NCBI GenBank assembly: GCA_050253335.1
Contig: JBFWJG010000034.1
Location: forward strand, 1-29,041
DNA: 29,041 nt
Source of the DNA: Deferribacterales bacterium
GTDB lineage: Bacteria > Chrysiogenota > Deferribacteres > Deferribacterales > Geovibrionaceae
Direction: 5' to 3'
Positions 9,250 to 18,400 of this stretch are shown piece by piece (the first letter of the stretch is position 1; every line of letters begins with the position of its first letter). Both the position numbers and the translations under genes were made by a program. The notes below the pieces were generated by a model, which had not been told where the DNA came from, searched no databases, and saw nothing but the letters and a program-made list of their open reading frames with translations.

Positions 9250-10467
9250 ATGTCAAAAGTGCTCATAATCGGTGCGGGCGGCGTAGGAAATGTTGTTGTG
9301 AAGAAGTGTGCTCAGCATCCTGACGTTTTTAAGGAAATTTTTCTTGCCAGCAGGACTAAGGAAAAATGCGACGCCATAGCCGCAGAGGTTAAGAAGATGT
9401 ACGGCGTTGATGTGAAAACCTATGCCGTGGACGCTGATATTGTCAGCGACATAGTGCGTGTCATCAACGACTGCAAGCCTGAGCTTGTGCTTAACGTTGC
9501 CCTCCCCTATCAGGATCTGGCTATCATGGACGCGTGCCTTGAGACAGGGGTGAACTACCTTGACACGGCAAATTACGAGCCTAAGGACGAAGCGAAGTTC
9601 GAATACTCATGGCAGTGGGCATATCAGGACAAGTTCAAAGAGAAAGGACTCATGGCTGTTCTCGGCTGCGGGTTTGACCCCGGTGTGACAAACATCTTCT
9701 GCGCCTATGCCCAGAAGCACCTGTACGACAGCATCCGGACAATAGACATTCTCGACTGCAACGCCGGTGACCACGGACACCCGTTTGCCACCAACTTCAA
9801 CCCTGAGATAAACATCCGCGAGGTGACTCAGGTTGTGCGCCACTGGAAGGACGGAGAATGGATCGAAACTCCCGCGATACTTGACGACAGCTGCGTTCAC
9901 TTTACCTTCGATTACCCTGAGGCAGGGCCGAAGGAGAGCTACCTTCTCTTCCATGAGGAGATGGAATCGCTGGTTAAGAACATAAAAGGGCTTGAGAGAA
10001 TCCGCTTCTGGATGACATTCTCACAGAACTACATCACACACCTTAAAGTGCTTGAGAACGTAGGCATGACCCGCATAGACGAGGTGGATTTCAACGGCTG
10101 CAAGATAATCCCTCTGCAGTTCCTCAAGGCGCTTCTCCCCGATCCGGGCAGCCTCGGCACAAACTACAAGGGGCTTGCCGTTATCGGCTGCGTTTTTGAC
10201 GGCGAAAAAGACGGCAAAAAAATAAAGAAATACATATACAACGTCTGCGATCACGCAGAAGCCTACAGAGAGGTTCAGGCGCAGGCTGTTTCATACACCA
10301 CCGGCGTTCCCGCCATGATCGGCGCAATGATGATGCTGAAAGGCGTATGGAAGGACACAGGCGTTTTCAACGTGGAGCAGCTTGACCCCGACATGTTCAT
10401 GGACGAGCTTAACAAATGCGGCCTGCCGTGGCAGGTTGTCGACTTTGAAGGTCAGCTTCCCGAATGA
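9250..10467 (+). CDS. Carboxy(nor)spermidine dehydrogenase, saccharopine dehydrogenase family
   Basis: IIGAGGVG Rossmann motif, NVALPYQDL, YLDTANYE, GCGFDPG, ATNFNPEINIRE, QAVSYTTGVP; adjacent to nspC. ATG 9250 is preferred over TTG 9244 on SD spacing. Confidence 0.93.
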   Translation: MSKVLIIGAGGVGNVVVKKCAQHPDVFKEIFLASRTKEKCDAIAAEVKKMYGVDVKTYAVDADIVSDIVRVINDCKPELVLNVALPYQDLAIMDACLETGVNYLDTANYEPKDEAKFEYSWQWAYQDKFKEKGLMAVLGCGFDPGVTNIFCAYAQKHLYDSIRTIDILDCNAGDHGHPFATNFNPEINIREVTQVVRHWKDGEWIETPAILDDSCVHFTFDYPEAGPKESYLLFHEEMESLVKNIKGLERIRFWMTFSQNYITHLKVLENVGMTRIDEVDFNGCKIIPLQFLKALLPDPGSLGTNYKGLAVIGCVFDGEKDGKKIKKYIYNVCDHAEAYREVQAQAVSYTTGVPAMIGAMMMLKGVWKDTGVFNVEQLDPDMFMDELNKCGLPWQVVDFEGQLPE

Positions 10468-11636
10468 AAAATATCTACGCTCAGGCGCTGAAAGATTTTC
10501 CGAAGGAAATAACGGACAGGGCGGAAACGCCCTGCTACCTTATCAGCGAGGACGTTATCAGACGCAACTGCGAAACCCTCGACTCGGTGCAGAAACGCAC
10601 AGGGGCAAAGATTATGCTCGCCCTCAAGGCCTTTGCCCTGCCGAAGGTGTTTCCCCTCATATCCTCATACCTGCACGGAGTGTGCGCCAGCGGGCCCATT
10701 GAGGCTCAGCTTGGGTCTGAGGAATTCAAAAGAGAGACGCATACCTACTCCCCCGCATTCACTGACGCTCAGATGGAGCGGACAATAAAATACTCCGACC
10801 ACATAGTCTTCAACTCCGTGAGCCAGTGGCATCTGCACAGGGACAGGATAAAGAACAGCGGCAAACACATAGAGATCGGTCTGCGGGTTAACCCCGGCCA
10901 TGCCGAGGTAGAGGTGGATTTATATAACCCCTGCCTCCCCGGTTCCCGCTTCGGCGTGAGCCCGCAGGATCTGGAAGGCGTTGACCTCACAGGGATAGAC
11001 GGCCTGCACTTTCACGCCATGTGCGAACAGAATTCGGATGTTCTGGAAAGGGTGCTGGCATCCTTTGAAAAACGTTTCGCCCGCCTCATCCCGCAGATGA
11101 AATGGATAAACTTCGGCGGCGGACATCACATAACAAGGGATGACTACGACATTGAGCTTCTCTGCCGCCTGATCACAGATTTCAGGAAGAGATACAATAA
11201 TATACAGGTTTATCTGGAGCCCGGTGAGGCTGTGGTGCTGAATGCGGGCGTGTTCATAACCTCGGTTCTGGACACCATATACAACGGGATGGACATAGCC
11301 GTGTGCGACTGCTCGGCGGAAACCCACATGCCCGATGTTCTGGCCATGCCGTACAGACCTAAGCTCATAGGCGAGCCTGAAAACGGAAAATACACCTACC
11401 GCCTCGGCGGAATATCATGCCTTTCGGGGGATTTCATAGGGGACTACCGCTTTGATGCGCCGCTGAAAAGGGGCGACAGGCTGGTTTTCACAGATATGGC
11501 TCTTTATTCCTTCGTGAAGAACACAAATTTCAACGGGGTGGAGCTCCCTTCAATCATCACATTCAGCCTTGAAAAGGGAACCTTTGAAGTAGTCCGAAAA
11601 TTCGGTTACGAGGACTATAAGAACAGAATAAGCTGA
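10464..11636 (+). CDS. nspC: Carboxy(nor)spermidine decarboxylase
   Basis: LALKAF, LRVNP...YNPC..GSRFG, GLHFH, NFGGGHHITR, EPGEA, HMPDVLAMPYRP, SCLSGD, VKNTNFNGV; ATGA overlap with the upstream gene. Confidence 0.94.
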   Translation: MKNIYAQALKDFPKEITDRAETPCYLISEDVIRRNCETLDSVQKRTGAKIMLALKAFALPKVFPLISSYLHGVCASGPIEAQLGSEEFKRETHTYSPAFTDAQMERTIKYSDHIVFNSVSQWHLHRDRIKNSGKHIEIGLRVNPGHAEVEVDLYNPCLPGSRFGVSPQDLEGVDLTGIDGLHFHAMCEQNSDVLERVLASFEKRFARLIPQMKWINFGGGHHITRDDYDIELLCRLITDFRKRYNNIQVYLEPGEAVVLNAGVFITSVLDTIYNGMDIAVCDCSAETHMPDVLAMPYRPKLIGEPENGKYTYRLGGISCLSGDFIGDYRFDAPLKRGDRLVFTDMALYSFVKNTNFNGVELPSIITFSLEKGTFEVVRKFGYEDYKNRIS

Positions 11637-11637
11637 T

Positions 11638-11672
11638 AAAAAAGGGCTCCTTCAATCTGAAGAAGCCCTTCT
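11638..11672. terminator. Probable bidirectional terminator between nspC and receptor gene
   Basis: AAAAAAGGGCT...AGCCCTT hairpin between convergent genes; the A run reads as a U tail on the minus strand. Confidence 0.7.
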
Positions 11673-11680
11673 GATTTTCT

Positions 11681-13924
11681 CTAAAAATCCATTGTCATCG
11701 AAAGCCAGTACGATCTGCCCGGCTCATTGTAGGTGTATGCGTTTGCCTTTTCCGCGCCTGCGGCTGTGGCGGAGGCGGAAGCGGAGTTCCCTTTGCGGTG
11801 AATCTGCTTATCGAAAATGTTGTTTACACCCGCTCTCATAGAGAGGTTTTCAAACACTTTGTACTGTGCGCTGAGCCCCACAAGGGCGTAAGGTTCGATC
11901 TCGTCCTTTTCGATCTCTCTTTCCGTTCTTATCTCTATGGAGGGAGTTTCCTGCTTTCCGTAGAAGGTGGCGTTAGCACCAAGAGAGAGTTTTTCTGTCG
12001 CTCTCCAGTCGATAAAAGTGTTCACGGTATATTCCGGGACTATGCTGAGAGGCTGGCCTGTTCTTTTCAGCTCTGACTCTATCATGTAGGTAACGTTGGT
12101 GTTAAAGTCCACATCTTTGCCGAGAGCGACAAACACGTTCCCCTCTACACCCTGAATAACCGCATCCCCTGCGTTTTCCCATTTGTAGACATCCCTGTTG
12201 CCGTTTACCGTGTCAACGGATGTTTTGCCTGCGAATACTTTATTGTCATAATCGTTATGGAAGTAGCTTGCGCTCGCCCTGAAAGAGTCCGAGTCATAAG
12301 CAAGACCGATTTCCTTGTTTATGCTTGTTTCAGGATCAAGATCCTCGTTCCCCTGAAGGTAGCATCCGCCGCCCAGTGAGCTGGCGCCGCCGTAGCACCC
12401 TGTCCCTCTGCTGTAAAGCAGGTAATTGGGGTTGCTCTGGTAAAGGTTCGGCGCTTTATAAGCCCTTGCGACGCCGCCTTTCACCGCCCAGTTGGAATTG
12501 ATTTCGTAATATGCGTTAAGGCTGGGGCTTACGTTGCTGCCGAAGACTTCGTGCTCGTCAACACGCACACCGGGAGTCAGAGTCAGACCGCCGCCGAGGT
12601 ATATGTTGTCCTCCAGATAAAAGGCAGCGTTATAAGCCTCGGTATCAGTTTTGCCCGCATCGAACCCTTCAAGGTCTATATTAAGCCATGACATGGCGGG
12701 CGAGTTCCTCAGCGAGCCTTTATCATCCAGGGATTCGTCACGGTATTCCGCACCGACGGTGAGTGTCTGGGCAAACCCGAAAAGATTAAGAGGAATGTCC
12801 GCCTTCACGGATGTGAGGAAACTGTCGTACTGAGATTCGGCCATGCCGGGCTCATAGGTCGGGGTATCTGTTATTTCGCCTTCCAGACCGCCGGCAAGCC
12901 CCTCGTTAAGGCGGGTGTTAACTGTGCGGTCGTAGCTGACATCCAGACGGGTTTTACCCCAGTTCCAGTCTCCTGTGTGGGTTGCGGCGATATTCCTGCG
13001 GCGTATTACGTTTGTTTCCTCGCCGTAGAGAGATTCGGTGTATGCGTTGCCGAAGTTCTGCATTGAGTCTCCGGCGTATATGTTGCCCTGACGGCTGTAT
13101 CCGCCTGTGAGCTCAACAGACTGCTGTCTGTTTACATCCCAAGAAAGAAGAGCGTTAAGATCCCTGTTGCGGTAGCCTTCACGTCCGGCAACGTTTTCAG
13201 CGCCGCCGTAAACCGCTTCGCCTTCGTTAATGCTTTTTGCGTCCGCATCGCGGTAGTTCATGCCGCCGTATATGCGGAATGAAACCGAATCGCCCGCAGG
13301 CCCGCTGACCGATATATTTGTGCGGTAGGAGTCCCCTTCCTGAGCGTCCTCCTGAATATTGCCCATTACTGTCATGGAGCCGGAAAATTCTTTGTCCGCC
13401 TTTTTGGTGATTATATTCACCACACCGCCCATTGCGCCGGAGCCGTATCTGGCCGCCGCAGGCCCTCTGAGCACTTCCACACGCTCAACCATCTCCGCCG
13501 GAATCCAGTTTGAATCGCCTCTGGTGTCTCTTTCCTCCGTCCAGCCGTAGCGTACGGAGTTGCGTGACTGAACAGGGCGGCCGTCAATGAGTATCAGTGT
13601 GTTTTCGGGGCCCATGCCGCGCAGGTCTATCTGGCGGTTGTTCCCTCTGGAACCGGAGGCTGAGTTCCCTGTAAGGTTAACGCCAGGCTGGCGGCGTATA
13701 ATTTCCGAAAGGTCGTTGATGGGAGGATTTTTTTCTATATCCTCCTTTGTGATGATTGACGAACCGAGTGACTGCTTAACCTGCTCCGCCGCTGTGCCTA
13801 CCACTTCCACCGTGTCGAGGGTGATCGTCTCATCCGCCGCGTATGCGCCCGCAGCACCGAAAGTTACCGAGAGTGCGAGCCCGAGCGCAAAGATATGCCC
13901 AAAGCCGTATCTGCTTTTTTTCAT
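11681..13924 (-). CDS. fepA: TonB-dependent ferric catecholate siderophore receptor, FepA/PfeA/IroN-like
   Basis: Signal peptide and TonB box (DTVEVVG). Plug PGVNLTGNSASGSRGNNRQIDLRGMGPENTLILIDG...RDTRGD and loop LYSRGTGC...GGCYLQGN...ETSINKEIG are close to the FepA sequence as I recall it. C-terminal Phe. Confidence 0.9.
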   Translation of the reverse strand: MKKSRYGFGHIFALGLALSVTFGAAGAYAADETITLDTVEVVGTAAEQVKQSLGSSIITKEDIEKNPPINDLSEIIRRQPGVNLTGNSASGSRGNNRQIDLRGMGPENTLILIDGRPVQSRNSVRYGWTEERDTRGDSNWIPAEMVERVEVLRGPAAARYGSGAMGGVVNIITKKADKEFSGSMTVMGNIQEDAQEGDSYRTNISVSGPAGDSVSFRIYGGMNYRDADAKSINEGEAVYGGAENVAGREGYRNRDLNALLSWDVNRQQSVELTGGYSRQGNIYAGDSMQNFGNAYTESLYGEETNVIRRRNIAATHTGDWNWGKTRLDVSYDRTVNTRLNEGLAGGLEGEITDTPTYEPGMAESQYDSFLTSVKADIPLNLFGFAQTLTVGAEYRDESLDDKGSLRNSPAMSWLNIDLEGFDAGKTDTEAYNAAFYLEDNIYLGGGLTLTPGVRVDEHEVFGSNVSPSLNAYYEINSNWAVKGGVARAYKAPNLYQSNPNYLLYSRGTGCYGGASSLGGGCYLQGNEDLDPETSINKEIGLAYDSDSFRASASYFHNDYDNKVFAGKTSVDTVNGNRDVYKWENAGDAVIQGVEGNVFVALGKDVDFNTNVTYMIESELKRTGQPLSIVPEYTVNTFIDWRATEKLSLGANATFYGKQETPSIEIRTEREIEKDEIEPYALVGLSAQYKVFENLSMRAGVNNIFDKQIHRKGNSASASATAAGAEKANAYTYNEPGRSYWLSMTMDF

Positions 13925-13981
13925 GTTCTCCCCTTTTGTTTCGGAATTCAGAAGATTCTCACGGATATTATTTGAAAAGAT

Positions 13982-14071
13982 GCCGGTGCCTGTTCAGTTT
14001 CCGCTCCAGTGCGGAAACATAAAACGGGTTCATCCCTTTGAAAAACTAAAAGGCGAAGACCCTGCACAAGC
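13982..14071 (-). ncRNA. Candidate structured cis-regulatory RNA in the receptor 5' leader
   Basis: Three-stem junction folded by eye, with G-U wobbles that favour the minus strand, and an alternative anti-SD pairing. See findings. Confidence 0.45.
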
Positions 14072-14078
14072 CACAAAA

Positions 14079-14107
14079 ATACTAGCCTCCGGAAACTTCG
14101 ATGTCAA
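14079..14107 (-). promoter_or_regulatory. Sigma70 promoter for the receptor gene
   Basis: TTGACA (14107-14102), N17, TAGTAT (14084-14079) on the minus strand; predicted TSS near 14072. Confidence 0.75.
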
Positions 14108-14208
14108 TAGATTTATTTTTCATATCAAACTTTATTAGTCAGTTGTAACGACCGCTGAAATGAAGCTGAAAACCTTGCTTTTTTTTGCGTTTCTCAAATC
14201 CTCACAGC

Positions 14209-14237
14209 TTGTAACATCCGGTATTAAACCTTATAAT
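14209..14237 (+). promoter_or_regulatory. Sigma70 promoter of the pqiA-pqiA-MCE operon
   Basis: TTGTAA (14209-14214), N17, TATAAT (14232-14237). Confidence 0.7.
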
Positions 14238-14243
14238 ATGATT

Positions 14244-14864
14244 ATGAAAACTTCAGAACGGGATGAAGAGACACTCACCGCCTGCGCCCTTTGCGGTTCG
14301 GTGACATCTTTCAGCAAAAACACTTACGGCAAGGTAACATGCCCCCGCTGCGGCAGCACTGTCAGAAAACAGCGGAGGAACGCTGCCGCCTATACGGCGG
14401 CGTTCAGCATATCCGCGTTCATGCTGTTCGTACCCGCTCTTCTTTACCCTGTGCTGGATATTTCAGTAAGCAGTCTCAGCAACTCCGCCACAGTTCCAGC
14501 GAGCATTAAGGCTCTTTATGATGAAGGGCTCGGCGCCGTGGGGCTTCTTGTGCTTCTGACCTCTGTGGTGATCCCCATGAGTTTCCTTATCACTTGCTTT
14601 TATGTCTCCGTTTCCGCGCTTGCCAAACGCCGGTTCCCTTTTTTCTTCCCCGCCCTGCGCCTATCCGGTTTTTTTCAGAAATGGCACATGGCGGATGTTT
14701 TTCTCGTCGGCATACTGGTGTCCGTGGTTAAGCTTGTTGATATGTCGGAACTCAGTTTCGATTACGGAATATACCTTCTCATGGCTGTCTGCGCCTTCAC
14801 CGCCATTGCCGAGGTATACTACGACCCGCTTCTTTTCCGTCAGGAGGCCGCCGGACATGACTGA
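14244..14864 (+). CDS. pqiA: PqiA/LetA family half-protein 1 (Zn ribbon + TM domain)
   Basis: CALC...CPRCG Zn ribbon, TM helices, WHMADVFLVGILVSVVKL motif. Start uncertain (14244, 14238 or 14160). Confidence 0.88.
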   Translation: MKTSERDEETLTACALCGSVTSFSKNTYGKVTCPRCGSTVRKQRRNAAAYTAAFSISAFMLFVPALLYPVLDISVSSLSNSATVPASIKALYDEGLGAVGLLVLLTSVVIPMSFLITCFYVSVSALAKRRFPFFFPALRLSGFFQKWHMADVFLVGILVSVVKLVDMSELSFDYGIYLLMAVCAFTAIAEVYYDPLLFRQEAAGHD

Positions 14865-15471
14865 CAAGAGCATAAACGCCGCCCTCTGCCTCTCCTGCGG
14901 ACAGCTTACAGCTCTGTCCGGTCTGGAGGAAGAAGGGCACAGATGTCCCCTCTGCGGCAGCACGGTTTATCAGCGCAGGAAAAACAGCCTCGAAAAGACA
15001 TGGGCACTGACCATCACCGCCCTCCTTTTTTATATTCCGGCGAACTTGCTCCCCGTGATGTCTGTTGAAACCTTCGCCGGTTCAAGCGCAAGCACAATTC
15101 TGGGCGGTGTGTCGGAGCTCTTCGCAAACAGGATGTATTTCATTGCGGCGGTTGTGTTTGTGGCAAGTTTTGTCGTGCCGCTGTTCAAAATAGGCAGTCT
15201 TCTGTATCTACTCGTCACGGTGCAGGCAAAGGGCGGGCTGTCCGGCTCCGCCAGAACAAATCTTTTTCATATGATAGAGATAGTAGGCAAATGGTCTATG
15301 CTTGATATATATGTCATAACCATAATGGCAGGTCTGGTTAACATGGGTTTTATCATCCAGATTAAAGGAGGCACCGGAGCCGCCTTCTTCGCTGCGACGG
15401 TAATAGCCACAATGCTGGCCTCAAGATCCTTTGACACACGCCTGATATGGGACAAAAAGGGGGAAATATGA
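14857..15471 (+). CDS. pqiA: PqiA/LetA family half-protein 2
   Basis: MTDKSINAALCLSCG...CPLCG, YIPANLLPVM, STILGGV, ASFVVPLFK, GKWSMLDIYV, FDTRLIWD. AGGAGG SD before ATG 14857; overlaps the previous stop. Confidence 0.9.
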   Translation: MTDKSINAALCLSCGQLTALSGLEEEGHRCPLCGSTVYQRRKNSLEKTWALTITALLFYIPANLLPVMSVETFAGSSASTILGGVSELFANRMYFIAAVVFVASFVVPLFKIGSLLYLLVTVQAKGGLSGSARTNLFHMIEIVGKWSMLDIYVITIMAGLVNMGFIIQIKGGTGAAFFAATVIATMLASRSFDTRLIWDKKGEI

Positions 15472-18400
15472 ACGCAGGTCTGCCTCAGGGGCTTAAAATA
15501 AAACGGGGACTTCTCTCCCCTGTGTGGCTCACTCCGCTTCTGGCTCTGTGCATAACCCTGTGGCTTCTCTACAACGGCTATGTGAACAGAGGCAAAGAGA
15601 TCGTAATCCAGTTTGAATCCGGCTCGGAACTGGTGCCGGAGAAAACCCCCGTGAAATACAGAGGCATAACCGTTGGAAAGGTTAAGGATGTACGCATAGC
15701 CGAAAGCCCGGATAAAGTTGAAGCGGTTGTCATCCTCGCTAAAGAGGCGGAAATCCTCGCTAAAGAAGGGATGATGTTCTGGATTGTCAAGCCGCGGCTG
15801 GGCTTCAACAAGATAACCGGACTTGAAACCCTCATCTCCGGCTCGTATATCGAAGTTCTCCCTCCGACATTTGACGAGGAAAAAATAAGCGCACTGTCAG
15901 AGGAAACCTATTTCATCGGGCTGAGCGAGCCTCCGGACGCTGAAATCAGCGAGGATGCTCTGACCCTCCGCCTCCAGACCAGAACAAACCAGTACCTGAT
16001 AAAAGGCGTTCCCGTATTCTTCAAGGGGATGAACGCCGGACAGGTCACCGGGGTGAGGTTCGACCCGAAAACAGGAATATACGACATAAACATATCAGTT
16101 AATAAAGAATACAGGCAGTATGTCACCTCTGAAACATCCTTCTGGGATGTGGGCGGGCTTGAAGTTAAGTTTGACTCCGCGGGGCTGAGCATCGAATCAG
16201 CCCCTCTGGGCAGTCTGATCAGCGGCGGCATATCTTTTGACAACAGCCCCTACTCCGAAGGGCAACCGGTTGAAAACGGCCATCTTTTTGAGCTCTTCGG
16301 CTCGGAGGAAAAAAGCAGGCTGTCTGAAAAAAGCCTGACGATTCACATGGAGAATGCGGGGGGCATAAAAGCAGGACGCACTCCGGTGATGTTCATGGGG
16401 CTTCCTGCGGGGCTGGTTACGGAGGTTGAACCCTCCGCGGATTTCAGAAAGATAAAAGCACAGGTGCGCCTGAACAGGGAATATGAAAAACTGGCCGCGG
16501 AAGAAACCCGTTTTGTTCTTGTCAGGCCGTCATTCTCACTGAACGGAATCACAGGGCTTTCAACCGTTCTCAGCGGGGTATATCTGGAGATCCACCCCGG
16601 AGGCGGCAGGGAGGCATCAGAATTCACCCTCTCGGAACACACCCCGGCAAAAGGGGAAACGGACGGACGCAGACTCACCCTGAGCGCTTCCGCCAAAGGT
16701 TCTCTGGACGTTATGAGCGGAATATACTTCAAAAATATACAGATAGGGCATATCACAGACGTCAGGCTCACTGGAAACCGCTCCGTTGAGCTTGACGCGG
16801 TTATATATTCCGATTACTCGGCACTGGCGGATGAAGGACTTTACTTCAGCAGAGACGAGGGGCTCAGTATGCGGCTTGATTCGGGAGGGCTGAGCATTGA
16901 CACCGAATCACTCACCGCGCTTATGCGGGGCGGGATAAGAGCGGAACACTTCGGGCGGGGAATGTCCTCCGCCTCACTCCATGAAAGCTCCGCGGAAGCC
17001 CGAAAGACATACTACAAGGACACAGGCATCAAAACAGTTAAACTGGCCTCAGCAGATGCAGAAGACTTCGCCGAGGGGGATTCGGTTTTCTTCAAAGGAA
17101 TAAAGGTCGGGGAAATAGGCAGTTTTTCCCTGAACAGCACAGGAAGCGGTGTCCTTACGGAACTGTTGATATATCCCGGATACACAGATCTGGTAACCCC
17201 TCACTCGGTTTTCCACAAATCGGGCGGAATAAGCCTTGAGGCTGACGCAGCGGGGTTAAGAATTCAGGCTCCAGCTCTGAAAGCCGCCATAGGAGGCGGC
17301 ATAGCCTTCTTTAACCCCGAAAAGAAACTGCTTGGGTGCGATAACGGAATATACGCCTTTTATGAAAGCAGAAGCGATGCCGAAAAAGCACTAATGCTCG
17401 CAGGCAGCGGCAGAAGGATAACACTCACTGCGGCGGATGCTGTTCCTCCTTCGGCAGGGGCGGATGTTTACTACCGCAACATGAACGCCGGAACCGTCAC
17501 GGAAGTGAAGCCCGGCAAAGACGGGAACGCGGAACTGACGCTTTTCATAAAACCTGAGTTCGCAGGATTCATCGGGGATAAAACCCGCTTCTGGCTTGAA
17601 GGGGGAATGGAGATGCGTGCCGATTCCTCAGGATTCACCTTTAAATCAAAGCCCGTGAAGGCATATATCGAAAACGCCGTGTACTTTGACAGCTTCAGCA
17701 AAGCAAAAGACACAGGCATCCTTTACCCTGACTCACAGTCCGCACATGAAGCCGACATGACAAAGATTTTCGTCACGTTCCCCTACCCTGTGGGGATAAA
17801 AAGAGGCGCACCGCTAATGAACGGCTCGGCTGAGGCCGGATACGCGGCGGAATCCGTGATAAAGGACGGCACAACCCGCACAGCGGTTCTGGTGAGGGAT
17901 GAATTCGCAGACGGACTGGCGGAGAGCGCGCTCTTCTGGACTGAAAATTTCAGAATCTCCCCTGAGGGGATAGAGAATCCGGATTCTGTTATACTGGGAA
18001 CAAAAATAGCCATGAAAAGCGGAAAAGGCAAAGCTCTCAGCGAGTTCACCGCCCTTGCGGAAGCCCCGTCACCCTTTGAGGGGAAAGAGGGACTGAGAAT
18101 CAGGCTAATCTCCCCCGCCCGCCATTCCCTTGAGAAGGGTTCACCTGTCTATTACAGGCAGATTGAGACAGGAGGGGTGGAGAAAATAAGCCTCAGTGAA
18201 GACGGACGCAGCGTGGAAATATCTGTGTTTATTGATGAAAAATACAGACATCTCGTGAGGGAAAACTCAGTGTTCTGGAACTCCGGCGGCGTGGGAACGA
18301 AGATAAATCTCTTCGGAGTGAAGGTCAGAACCGAGTCTGTGAAAACCCTCCTCATGGGCGGAATCTCCTTTGCCACGCCAGATGACGCGGACAATCAGGC

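Noticed and set aside
13982..14030. Resemblance of ACUGAACAGGC to the NiCo riboswitch start, and of GGTGC...AAAACGGG to cobalamin riboswitches
   Set aside because: The downstream conserved elements of both families are missing.
14105..14130. Possible Fur box upstream of the receptor promoter
   Set aside because: AT-rich, but it matches GATAATGATAATCATTATC poorly by eye. Not excluded; a lineage-specific matrix scan is needed.
13587..14138. 183-aa plus-strand ORF over the receptor start and leader
   Set aside because: Antisense shadow of the receptor with no recognisable domain or SD.
14602..14856. N-terminal extension of the second PqiA in the ORF track
   Set aside because: It overlaps the first PqiA in another frame; the true start at 14857 has an AGGAGG SD.
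15732..15766. 14-bp direct repeat ATCCTCGCTAAAGA with 21-bp period
   Set aside because: In-frame micro-duplication (ILAKE-AE-ILAKE) within the MCE gene; only two copies, not an array.
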